Assembly (NCBI GenBank): GCA_943355005.1
Contig: CALRDV010000005.1
Location: 4,999-68,998, forward strand
Source: Patescibacteria group bacterium
GTDB lineage: Bacteria > Patescibacteriota > Microgenomatia > UBA1400 > MFAQ01
Length of the DNA stretch: 64,000 bases
Direction of reading: 5' to 3'
Shown: piece after piece, positions 1 through 7,692 of the stretch
Layout: the number at the start of each line of letters is the position of its first letter
Numbering within the stretch: the stretch's first letter is position 1
Translations under genes and position numbers: made by a program
Notes under the pieces: generated by a model
Databases searched by the model: none
Told to the model about the DNA's origin: nothing
Seen by the model: only the letters and a program-made list of their open reading frames with translations

Positions 1-58
1 ATCTATTCCTCACCTCCCAGCATCACGACAAAAAAATCCACGTAATTTCCAAATAATT

Positions 59-84
59 GTCATTCCGGGCTTGACCCGGAATCC
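59..84 (+). repeat. GTC-tagged palindromic element, type A, intergenic
   Basis: GTCATTCCGGGCTTGACCCGGAATCC; 59-86 is identical to 56957-56984. Confidence 0.9.
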
Positions 85-103
85 AGTCCCCCAATCTTGC
101 AAT

Positions 104-132
104 TTGACCATCCGTATTATTTCCTGTATTCT
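104..132 (+). promoter_or_regulatory. Putative sigma70 promoter, probably leaderless, for the protease
   Basis: TTGACC-17 nt-TATTCT, ending 8 nt before ATG 141. Confidence 0.5.
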
Positions 133-140
133 TTAATGTA

Positions 141-1394
141 ATGTTTAAAACAACTTTAAGAATAATAATCCTTTCCCTATTTGCTCTTTCTGCTGCTTCC
201 CTAGCCAAAAATATTTTCGCTCAGGCCAAGCCGGAAAATTTAATCCCCGATTCTTACATTGTTGTATTCAAAGATAGCGTCGGTAATCCAAGTGAAAAAG
301 CAAATGCCATGGGCAAGCTCCACGGTTTTTCAGTGGACCATTCCTTCTCATCAGCCATCAAAGGTTTCTCTGCTGTCATTCCGGCAGCCAGATTGGCTCA
401 GATTAAGCAAGATTCAGAAGTTCAATTTATTACCCAAGATAGAGTAGTTACCACTCAAGCAGGACAAGTAACTACTCAAGCAGTCCAGCAAGTCCCAACC
501 GGAGTAAATCGAATGGGAGTTCCAAGCTCAGGTAATACGGGTAGTGGAATCGGTGTAGCAGTCATTGATACCGGCATCGCACTTTCACATCCGGATCTTC
601 AGGCAAATATTGGCGGTAACTATTCCTGTGTCAAAGGAAAACGGACAGGGGACGATGATAACGGTCATGGTTCCCACGTAGCCGGTACTATCGCAGCAGT
701 AAACAATGGAGTTGGTGTCGTCGGAGTGGCATCCAAAGTTAAACTCTACGCTGTCAAAGTTCTTAACTCGCAAGGTTCGGGTTCCTGGTCTTCCATTATC
801 TGCGGTATCGACTGGGTTACCAAAAATGCTAATGTTCTAAATATCAAAGTTGCCAACATGAGTTTAGGTGGTAGTGGTTCAAGCGACAACAACTGCGGCA
901 ACACAAATGGAGACGCTTTACATAAAGCTATTTGTAAATCTAGGGATGCCGGAGTGACTTACATCGTAGCTGCAGGCAATAATGGCGCCGATGCTTCTAC
1001 TTTTTCACCCGCCTCTTACAATGACGCCGTTATTACAGTTTCCGCCTTGGCAGATAGTGACGGTAAGTCCGGAGGTTTGGGTGCCACAACTTCTTATGGA
1101 GCAGATGATACATTTGCCACTTTTAGTAATTACGGCAATGTCGTTGATTTAGGCGCTCCAGGGGTAAATATTTATTCTACTTGGATAGGCAATGGCTACA
1201 ATACTATAAGTGGTACTAGTATGGCGACTCCTCACGTCTCCGGCTCAGCTGCTTTGTATATAGCCAAAAATCCTTCATCTTCATGGACGCAAGTTAGAGA
1301 AGGGCTAAAAGCGCTAGGTGAGCTCAAAAATGCCGGTCACACCGATCCTTCGAATCTACATCCCGAGCCAATTGTCCTCACGAATACGCTGTAA
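141..1394 (+). CDS. Secreted subtilisin-family (S8) serine protease with I9-type propeptide
   Basis: Signal peptide; YIVVFK propeptide; catalytic motifs VIDTG, HGSHVAG, GTSMATPHV; oxyanion motif AAGN. Confidence 0.95.
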   Translation: MFKTTLRIIILSLFALSAASLAKNIFAQAKPENLIPDSYIVVFKDSVGNPSEKANAMGKLHGFSVDHSFSSAIKGFSAVIPAARLAQIKQDSEVQFITQDRVVTTQAGQVTTQAVQQVPTGVNRMGVPSSGNTGSGIGVAVIDTGIALSHPDLQANIGGNYSCVKGKRTGDDDNGHGSHVAGTIAAVNNGVGVVGVASKVKLYAVKVLNSQGSGSWSSIICGIDWVTKNANVLNIKVANMSLGGSGSSDNNCGNTNGDALHKAICKSRDAGVTYIVAAGNNGADASTFSPASYNDAVITVSALADSDGKSGGLGATTSYGADDTFATFSNYGNVVDLGAPGVNIYSTWIGNGYNTISGTSMATPHVSGSAALYIAKNPSSSWTQVREGLKALGELKNAGHTDPSNLHPEPIVLTNTL

Positions 1395-1412
1395 CTTTCC
1401 GTAAAGAAACAC

Positions 1413-1441
1413 TTGACATTTATCTTATAGAGGTCCATAGT
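1413..1441 (+). promoter_or_regulatory. Putative sigma70 promoter for the TasA-like gene
   Basis: TTGACA-17 nt-CATAGT; the gene also has an SD-like GAAGGTGA at 1629-1636. Confidence 0.55.
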
Positions 1442-1553
1442 GTGACATGTAAATGCCAAATAATTTTTGGATTCTGCCCTCAATTTACTCTTCGTTTTTC
1501 TCCTTCTTTTTGTATAAATCTTTTAAATTAGTACCCGCTCTGCCTCACCACTC

Positions 1554-1589
1554 GTCATTGCGAATCTCGTAATCGAGCTGTGGCAATCC
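1554..1589 (+). repeat. GTC-tagged palindromic element, type B, intergenic or 5'UTR
   Basis: GTCATTGCGAATCTCGTAATCGAGCTGTGGCAATCC; outer ATTGC/GCAAT stem and inner CTCG/CGAG stem. Confidence 0.85.
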
Positions 1590-1645
1590 AGGCTAATACA
1601 AAAGACAATATAAATTAACATACAGAAAGAAGGTGAAATAAATAA

Positions 1646-2176
1646 ATGAAGAAAATAATATTAAGCGTTCTCGCAATCGTTTTGACTCTCGGTGTCGTTG
1701 GTGGTTCAGCATATGCATTATTTAGCTCTACAGCTACAGTTCAAGGTATTGCAATTAGTACCGGTAATGCAGGTCTAAAAATCTGGGATGGTGACTCCTA
1801 TGAAACCACCTGGACATCTACAGATGCGTTCAACGGTATGTATCCAGGAGAGAGTAGAACCACGACCTGGTACCTAAGAAACGATAGTACATCGGCCATT
1901 AGTTTAGATGTAACAGGGCAATTGATGTCAGCTGGTGGTGATTGGGCTGAGTTACAAGTTATTAAAATGAAAGCCGATGGTAATTCATTAGCTCCAGCTC
2001 CAGAAGGACCTCTCACAGACTGGAATTCTACCCCTGTCTCTTTGGGAAATATCCTTCAGAACACAACCGCAACATATCTCGTAACATTTACTTTACCAAG
2101 CGCCTCAGGAAATGAAGTGGCTGGAAAGTCCTTAAACAATGTAACGTTTAACTTTGTAGGAACAGAAAAACTATAG
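1646..2176 (+). CDS. TasA/CalY-family protein with SipW-dependent signal peptide
   Basis: MKK plus hydrophobic stretch, then GGSAYA|LFSSTATVQG; PGESRT and GNEVAGK motifs typical of the family; adjacent to sipW. Confidence 0.8.
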   Translation: MKKIILSVLAIVLTLGVVGGSAYALFSSTATVQGIAISTGNAGLKIWDGDSYETTWTSTDAFNGMYPGESRTTTWYLRNDSTSAISLDVTGQLMSAGGDWAELQVIKMKADGNSLAPAPEGPLTDWNSTPVSLGNILQNTTATYLVTFTLPSASGNEVAGKSLNNVTFNFVGTEKL

Positions 2177-2191
2177 AGTTTGAGCCTCTAT

Positions 2192-2220
2192 CAATTACAG
2201 GTAGGACAGACCTGTGATTG
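2192..2220 (+). other. Intergenic stem-loop between the TasA-like gene and sipW
   Basis: CAATTACAGGT / ACCTGTGATTG 11-bp stem with one G-U pair, 7-nt loop, no U-tract. Confidence 0.55.
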
Positions 2221-2225
2221 GTTAG

Positions 2226-3395
2226 ATGCTTAACCAAAAACTAAAACCAATCTTAAAATTTTTTGAATGGCTAATTTTCTCAGCCCTTATTTTTGTTGTT
2301 TTTATTATTCTCTCTCCACTTTTCCATCTAAGAGGACTACCTTCCACATTTATCGTAGCTACCGGCTCCATGGAGCCATTAATCAAAATAGGTTCGATTG
2401 CGCTTACACAAGAAATAGATCCTAAATCGGTTAAGGTTGGCGACATCATCGCTTTCACTTCGCCAAGCGATCCAAAACAAACCATTCTTCATCGGGTAAA
2501 CAGCATCTCATCTGTTGATCCATTAACGTTTAAAACCAAAGGTGACAATAATAAATCAATAGATAATTGGGATGTCCGAGATTCCGGTATCAAAGGCAAA
2601 TTTAGCTTCGCTATTCCATATCTTGGTCACGCCGGCGCCTTTATTCGCAAGCCTTTGGGATTTAGTATCGTCATTGGCATTCCGGCAGTACTCTTTATCC
2701 TTCTTCAGCTTTTAATCATCAAAAAAGCGATTGCTGAAGAGGTTGATCGTAAAGTTGCTAAGGCACTTGGCTCTCATACACTTCCTGTTATCATTGCCTT
2801 TTTTATATCACTCCTTGCTCTGTCTAGAGTGCCACTAGCATTGGCATATTTTTCTGACACAGCAACTATTTCGGGACTAAGTCTGTCGGTCGCAAATTTC
2901 TCCTCCGATGACGATGATGACGACGACAAACACTGCCCACCGGCCAACGACAAGGGAAACACGAATGACAAAGGGAATGGACATGATAATAACTGCGACG
3001 GCGAGAAAGATACCGGTAACAATAAGGATAAAGATAAAGAAAATGATAATGATGATGAAAAGGAAGATGAAGAGGTAAGCAATTCTCATCATCCAAAATT
3101 AGAAACTCATCTCGATTCAGAACGCCACTATTTCTCCTTCAGTCTTACTGATGTCGAAGATTTTTACGAGATTTCGTACCGAGTAAATTACGACACTGAA
3201 AATTCCTCGAGAGAGTTTGAAGGTCGGGAAGATATGGACAGAGAGCTGGAATATAGAAAACTTGATATCTTGCTTGGTTCCAAATCTGCCGGCGGAGGTG
3301 CTGTCTTTGACGAAGGCGTCAAAAATATCAAAATCTCCATTCGTCTCACCCGTCCAGACGGCACATTCTTCGACCTCGAAGATAATATGGAATAG
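2226..3395 (+). CDS. sipW: Signal peptidase I of the SipW/S26B type, fused to a C-terminal SipW-substrate-like module
   Basis: TGSMEP (Ser), LHRV (His), KTKGDNN and IPYLG motifs; then a second hydrophobic signal ending LALA|YFSDTATISG, an acidic linker and a beta-rich domain. Confidence 0.85.
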   Translation: MLNQKLKPILKFFEWLIFSALIFVVFIILSPLFHLRGLPSTFIVATGSMEPLIKIGSIALTQEIDPKSVKVGDIIAFTSPSDPKQTILHRVNSISSVDPLTFKTKGDNNKSIDNWDVRDSGIKGKFSFAIPYLGHAGAFIRKPLGFSIVIGIPAVLFILLQLLIIKKAIAEEVDRKVAKALGSHTLPVIIAFFISLLALSRVPLALAYFSDTATISGLSLSVANFSSDDDDDDDKHCPPANDKGNTNDKGNGHDNNCDGEKDTGNNKDKDKENDNDDEKEDEEVSNSHHPKLETHLDSERHYFSFSLTDVEDFYEISYRVNYDTENSSREFEGREDMDRELEYRKLDILLGSKSAGGGAVFDEGVKNIKISIRLTRPDGTFFDLEDNME

Positions 3396-3413
3396 TTCCA
3401 GTCAACACCCCCC

Positions 3414-3559
3414 GTCATTGCGGGGTTTGAGGTATTTTGGGTTTAACAATGAATCCCTTGTGGATTTATTGTTAAAAAAAATATAAAAATAACTCAAACA
3501 TGACGCAGCCTGTTTCGTAACGAACCAGGCTAGGCAGGGTTTACAACGCGTGGCAATCT
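3414..3559 (+). repeat. Expanded type B element enclosing two internal hairpins
   Basis: Begins GTCATTGCG and ends CGTGGCAATCT; internal hairpins at 3425-3499 and 3507-3531. Confidence 0.65.
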
Positions 3560-3661
3560 CCCTCCACCCATCTTCCGAAAAACTGGATATATCAATCTTC
3601 TGTAAATAAAACTATACTGACGTAATATTGCTTTGTTTAATTAGCAAAATAATTAAAAAAA

Positions 3662-4393
3662 ATGAAAAAGAAGTTCCTGCCACTTCTTCTCGTAGGGGTC
3701 TCCGTTATTATTTTCCCGTTTCTTTTCAGCCAGCCAGTCCACGCCGACGAAGACAGTCCAAGTACTGTAACCTTCTGTCTCAAGCACAATGGCTCAGTCT
3801 ACACCGCCGGTCGTGGACAGAAAAAGTCATTCTGCAGAGACGATGATAGATATATTAGTTTCAAACTGAGTATTTTAGACAATTTGGGCACCGTTGGCCC
3901 ACAAGGGCCCATTGGTCCCGCCGGCTCTCAGGGTGTTCAAGGAATTCAAGGTGAGCAAGGAATACAGGGAATCCCCGGCACAGGCAGTGGAGATTCCATT
4001 CCCGGCCCCAAAGGCGACCAGGGAATCCAAGGAATTCAAGGTGAAGTTGGACCCAAAGGTGACACCGGACTTCAAGGCATACAGGGACCTGTGGGTCCTG
4101 CCGGCCAAGACGGCACCTCAGGCTCAGGTTCCGGCATCTCCGGCTGGGAGAAAGTCATGGCAGCCACCACTTCCGCAGGCACGGACCAAACCTTCAGCGC
4201 CACCTGTACCTCAGGCAAGAAAGTCATTGGTGGAGGCTACGCAACTTCAAACGCCGTAACCTATTTAACCTATTACGCATTGGAAAATTACCCAAGCACC
4301 GACAATTCTTGGACCGCCACTGTACACAGAGCTAATTCTGGAGGTGCCACTTGGACTCTCAATGTCTACGCTCTCTGCGTCTCCGGACTATAA
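3662..4393 (+). CDS. Secreted collagen-like protein
   Basis: Signal peptide ending VHA; two Gly-X-Y runs at about 3887-4114; Cys-containing C-terminal domain with GKKVIGGG...YALC. Confidence 0.88.
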   Translation: MKKKFLPLLLVGVSVIIFPFLFSQPVHADEDSPSTVTFCLKHNGSVYTAGRGQKKSFCRDDDRYISFKLSILDNLGTVGPQGPIGPAGSQGVQGIQGEQGIQGIPGTGSGDSIPGPKGDQGIQGIQGEVGPKGDTGLQGIQGPVGPAGQDGTSGSGSGISGWEKVMAATTSAGTDQTFSATCTSGKKVIGGGYATSNAVTYLTYYALENYPSTDNSWTATVHRANSGGATWTLNVYALCVSGL

Positions 4394-4416
4394 TGTAGTC
4401 TTAGAGGAAAATAAAT

Positions 4417-4451
4417 ATTCCCCCATATTATGTAGTATGGGGGAGTTTTTT
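4417..4451 (+). terminator. Rho-independent terminator
   Basis: TCCCCCATATT/AGTATGGGGGA stem followed by GTTTTTT. Confidence 0.7.
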
Positions 4452-4561
4452 ATGCCATTTAGCTTCAAATCAAAGGTAAAAATATATTGTAGTTTGTAGC
4501 ACAAGGATGTAGAATATCGTACACAATAGTCTTATAAAAAAGAAGTCTACTCCACAGAAAA

Positions 4562-6163
4562 ATGCTTAATTCAGACATAGATGTCAAAAAAAGGATACTC
4601 GAGAACGACGCGCTAGTCGAGAAGAAACTATCCGAAGACGAGCTTTTTGTGGAAATTGCCAAAGATTTTGGCTTGCCATTCACGAAAATTAACGCCTCAA
4701 ATATTGAGAAACAGGTCCTAAATCTATTGCCGGAAAAGATTGCCAGATCAAATAAAACAATAGCTTTCGGGAGAGACGAAAAAGTCGTCAAAATAGCCGT
4801 TGTTGATCAGCCAAATCAGGATTTACTTGATATGATTTCGAGGAAGACCAATCAGCCTATAAAGGTCTATTTCACTTCACCGGAATACCTAAAGAAAGCC
4901 TTACTTTTGTATCGTTTATCTCTTCAGGGGGCTTTCGATAAAATTCTTAGCGACATCTCGGATATTACCTTGGAAACAGCTCCTATTAGGAAGATAGTTG
5001 ATCTTTTGATTGACTATGCATATCAAGATGGAGCTTCGGATATCCATATCGAGCCGGAAGAAAAAAAGTTTAAGGTCCGTTTCAGAATTGATGGAATTCT
5101 GCACGACGTCCTGACACTACCAAGAGATCTACTGGATCGCGTGGTCACTCGCGTAAAAGTACTTTCACGTCTCAGGACGGATGAGCACCTTAGTCCTCAG
5201 GATGGTAAATTCCGTTTCTTTATCGAAGATGAGAATCTGGATATCCGCGTTTCTATTGTTCCCATTGCCGATGGTGAGAAAATCGTTCTCCGATTGCTTA
5301 CTTCTAAGTCTCGTGAGTACTCACTGGATAATCTGGGACTCAGCGAAACGGATTTGAAAACCATCCGCAAAGCTCTGGACAAGTCCTACGGCATGATTCT
5401 TTCCACTGGTCCCACCGGTTCAGGCAAAACCACTACTATCTACGCCTTGATAAAAATTCTCAATACGAGAGACAGAAATATCACTACTATCGAAGACCCT
5501 ATCGAATATCGTATTGAGGGTATAAACCAAATTCAGGTAAATACCAAAACCAATCTAACTTTCGCTAATGGTTTGGGCTCCATCCTTCGCCAAGATCCAA
5601 ACATTATTTTTGTCGGCGAGGTACGCGATAGCGAAACAGCTGCTATTGCGGTGAACGCTGCTCTTACAGGTCACTTAGTTTTCTCCACTTTACACACTTC
5701 GGACGCAGTCGGAGCGGTTCCCAGACTTTTGGATATGGGTATAGAACCATTTTTACTAACTTCTACGGTAAATGTCATCATTGCTCAGCGTCTTTTACGT
5801 CGAGTGTGTGTAGACTGCAAATATTCTTACACGGTCACCCGAAAAGAGTTGGCCAAAAATATTCCTTTGGATTCCATTAAACGGGACTTTGGCAGTTCCT
5901 CCGAAATTAAATTTTACAAAGGCAAGGGTTGTCCCACTTGTCACCATACCGGCTATCTCGGTCGAGCCGGCATTGTCGAAGTTCTCACCATTTCCAAGGC
6001 TATCAGAAAGTTAATTATCAGTGGAGGTGATTCGGATCAAATCTTGGAAGCTGCTCAGAAAGAGGGGATGATTACCATGTTTGATGATGGATTGCGCAAA
6101 GCTCACCAAGGCGTCACCACTATCGATGAAGTTCTCCGGGTTACCAAAGTTGAAATATTATGA
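4562..6163 (+). CDS. pilB: Type IV pilus assembly ATPase PilB/GspE
   Basis: ASDIHIEP, Walker A GPTGSGKT, TIEDPIE, LRQDPN..VGEVRD, TGHLVFSTLH, CxxC...CxxC zinc motif. Confidence 0.95.
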   Translation: MLNSDIDVKKRILENDALVEKKLSEDELFVEIAKDFGLPFTKINASNIEKQVLNLLPEKIARSNKTIAFGRDEKVVKIAVVDQPNQDLLDMISRKTNQPIKVYFTSPEYLKKALLLYRLSLQGAFDKILSDISDITLETAPIRKIVDLLIDYAYQDGASDIHIEPEEKKFKVRFRIDGILHDVLTLPRDLLDRVVTRVKVLSRLRTDEHLSPQDGKFRFFIEDENLDIRVSIVPIADGEKIVLRLLTSKSREYSLDNLGLSETDLKTIRKALDKSYGMILSTGPTGSGKTTTIYALIKILNTRDRNITTIEDPIEYRIEGINQIQVNTKTNLTFANGLGSILRQDPNIIFVGEVRDSETAAIAVNAALTGHLVFSTLHTSDAVGAVPRLLDMGIEPFLLTSTVNVIIAQRLLRRVCVDCKYSYTVTRKELAKNIPLDSIKRDFGSSSEIKFYKGKGCPTCHHTGYLGRAGIVEVLTISKAIRKLIISGGDSDQILEAAQKEGMITMFDDGLRKAHQGVTTIDEVLRVTKVEIL

Positions 6164-7224
6164 AAAAAACCAAAGATCTAAGCAAGATCAGAATCAGTAA
6201 TAACGACAAACTAAATTTTTTGTCCGGGTTGGGCACCATGTTAAGAGCCGGCTTATCCGTCCTGGAAGTTGTCAGTTCACTCGCTGAGGACTCACGTGGA
6301 GATCTAAAAATCTTTTTCGAAGTTCTGTATGAAGATTTAACCCAAGGTAAAACCATCTCTTCATCATTAGCCAAATTTCCAAGGTCCTTTGACAAAGTCA
6401 CCATCAATGTCCTAAAGTCAGCTGAAGAAAGTGGTACTTTGGAGTCGACTCTCAAGGACGTCGAAACCACCATTCAGAAAACAATTAAATTCAATGACAA
6501 GATTCGTTCCGCCCTTCTTTACCCACTAGTCGTTTCTGTTGTGTTTATTTTCATCATTGTCGGTATCTTAATTTTCGTCATTCCCCGCGTGTCTACAGTC
6601 TTTACTTCCTTAAATATCGACCTCCCTTTACCCACCAAAATTCTTTTGTATATTTCGAATATCCTGACACAGCAAACCATTTGGGTAGTCGGTTTCTTCA
6701 GTGCTCTTATCCTAGGAATTATTATTTTGTATATCAAGAAAAGAGATTGGCTAATAAACCGCTTCTTGTCTCTACCTTTTATTTCTACTATAGCGGCGGA
6801 GATAGATTTGACCCGCTTTTCTCATAGCCTCTCATTACTTCTGGATGCCGGAATTCCAATTACTTCGGCTCTCGCCCTTACTCAAGAAGTCATCGTGAAA
6901 GAGGAAATTAGAAATGTCATTGCTGAAACCAGAGATATGGTTGGCTCCGGCAAAAAGATTTCTGAAAGTTTTAAGAAATACAAAAAAATCATTCCTAAAT
7001 TGGTTATCAAAATCATAGAAGCGGGTGAACATTCAGGTTCGCTTAGCGCTTCCATGCAATACATTTCAGATTATTTGGAATACCAGGTAGAGAAGAAACT
7101 CTTCTCCGCTACGACGCTTCTTGAGCCCTTTATGCTCGTGACTATTGGCTTTGTCGTGGGTGGCATGATGCTATCTATCATCAGCCCGATTTATTCTTTA
7201 ATTGGCCAAATTGGACCTCGATAA
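6160..7224 (+). CDS. pilC: Type IV pilus platform protein PilC/GspF
   Basis: Two T2SSF-like repeats (AEESGTL, GEHSGSL), ALLYP and LLEP motifs, three TM segments. Confidence 0.93.
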   Translation: MKKTKDLSKIRISNNDKLNFLSGLGTMLRAGLSVLEVVSSLAEDSRGDLKIFFEVLYEDLTQGKTISSSLAKFPRSFDKVTINVLKSAEESGTLESTLKDVETTIQKTIKFNDKIRSALLYPLVVSVVFIFIIVGILIFVIPRVSTVFTSLNIDLPLPTKILLYISNILTQQTIWVVGFFSALILGIIILYIKKRDWLINRFLSLPFISTIAAEIDLTRFSHSLSLLLDAGIPITSALALTQEVIVKEEIRNVIAETRDMVGSGKKISESFKKYKKIIPKLVIKIIEAGEHSGSLSASMQYISDYLEYQVEKKLFSATTLLEPFMLVTIGFVVGGMMLSIISPIYSLIGQIGPR

Positions 7225-7691
7225 TGAAAGGCCACACCTTATTAGAGATACTTATTGTCCTCGGATTATTTACTGTTATTTTTACGGCGACATCTCTAAA
7301 TCTCTTAGGTGCTAGGTCAAAAACATCACTCGGAACTTCAGTCGACGTTCTCTTGGCCGATCTCCGCGCTCAGCAGACCAAAGCCATGAGTGGCGATACC
7401 GGAGGAGGAGGTACCAATGTCAACTTCGGAATCCATTTTCTAAGTAATTCATATGTTCTTTTCAAAAACACCTATTCTGCCTCAGATCCCTACAATTATT
7501 CGGTGAATTTAGACGATGTCAAGATTGATACTACTTTTTCCGGCTCAGAAATTATCTTTCTTAAAGGTAGTGGAGAAGTTTCGGGATACAACCCTGTCGC
7601 CAACACCATCCGTTTAACCAGCCTTAGTAGTTCCGGTAGTCCAAAGATTATCACCATTAATCGTTTCGGTGTCATTATCTCCGTCAACTAA
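7224..7691 (+). CDS. Minor pilin (FimT/GspH-like)
   Basis: Class III signal KG|HTLLEILIV; ADLRAQQTKAMSG. Confidence 0.85.
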   Translation: MKGHTLLEILIVLGLFTVIFTATSLNLLGARSKTSLGTSVDVLLADLRAQQTKAMSGDTGGGGTNVNFGIHFLSNSYVLFKNTYSASDPYNYSVNLDDVKIDTTFSGSEIIFLKGSGEVSGYNPVANTIRLTSLSSSGSPKIITINRFGVIISVN

Positions 7692-7692
7692 C

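Noticed and set aside
3500-3545. c-di-GMP-I riboswitch-like words (GACGCA...GCC...GGCAGGGTTTAC)
   Set aside because: The GCAAA/GAAA tetraloop stem and receptor architecture are missing; the region is better explained as cargo inside the repeat.
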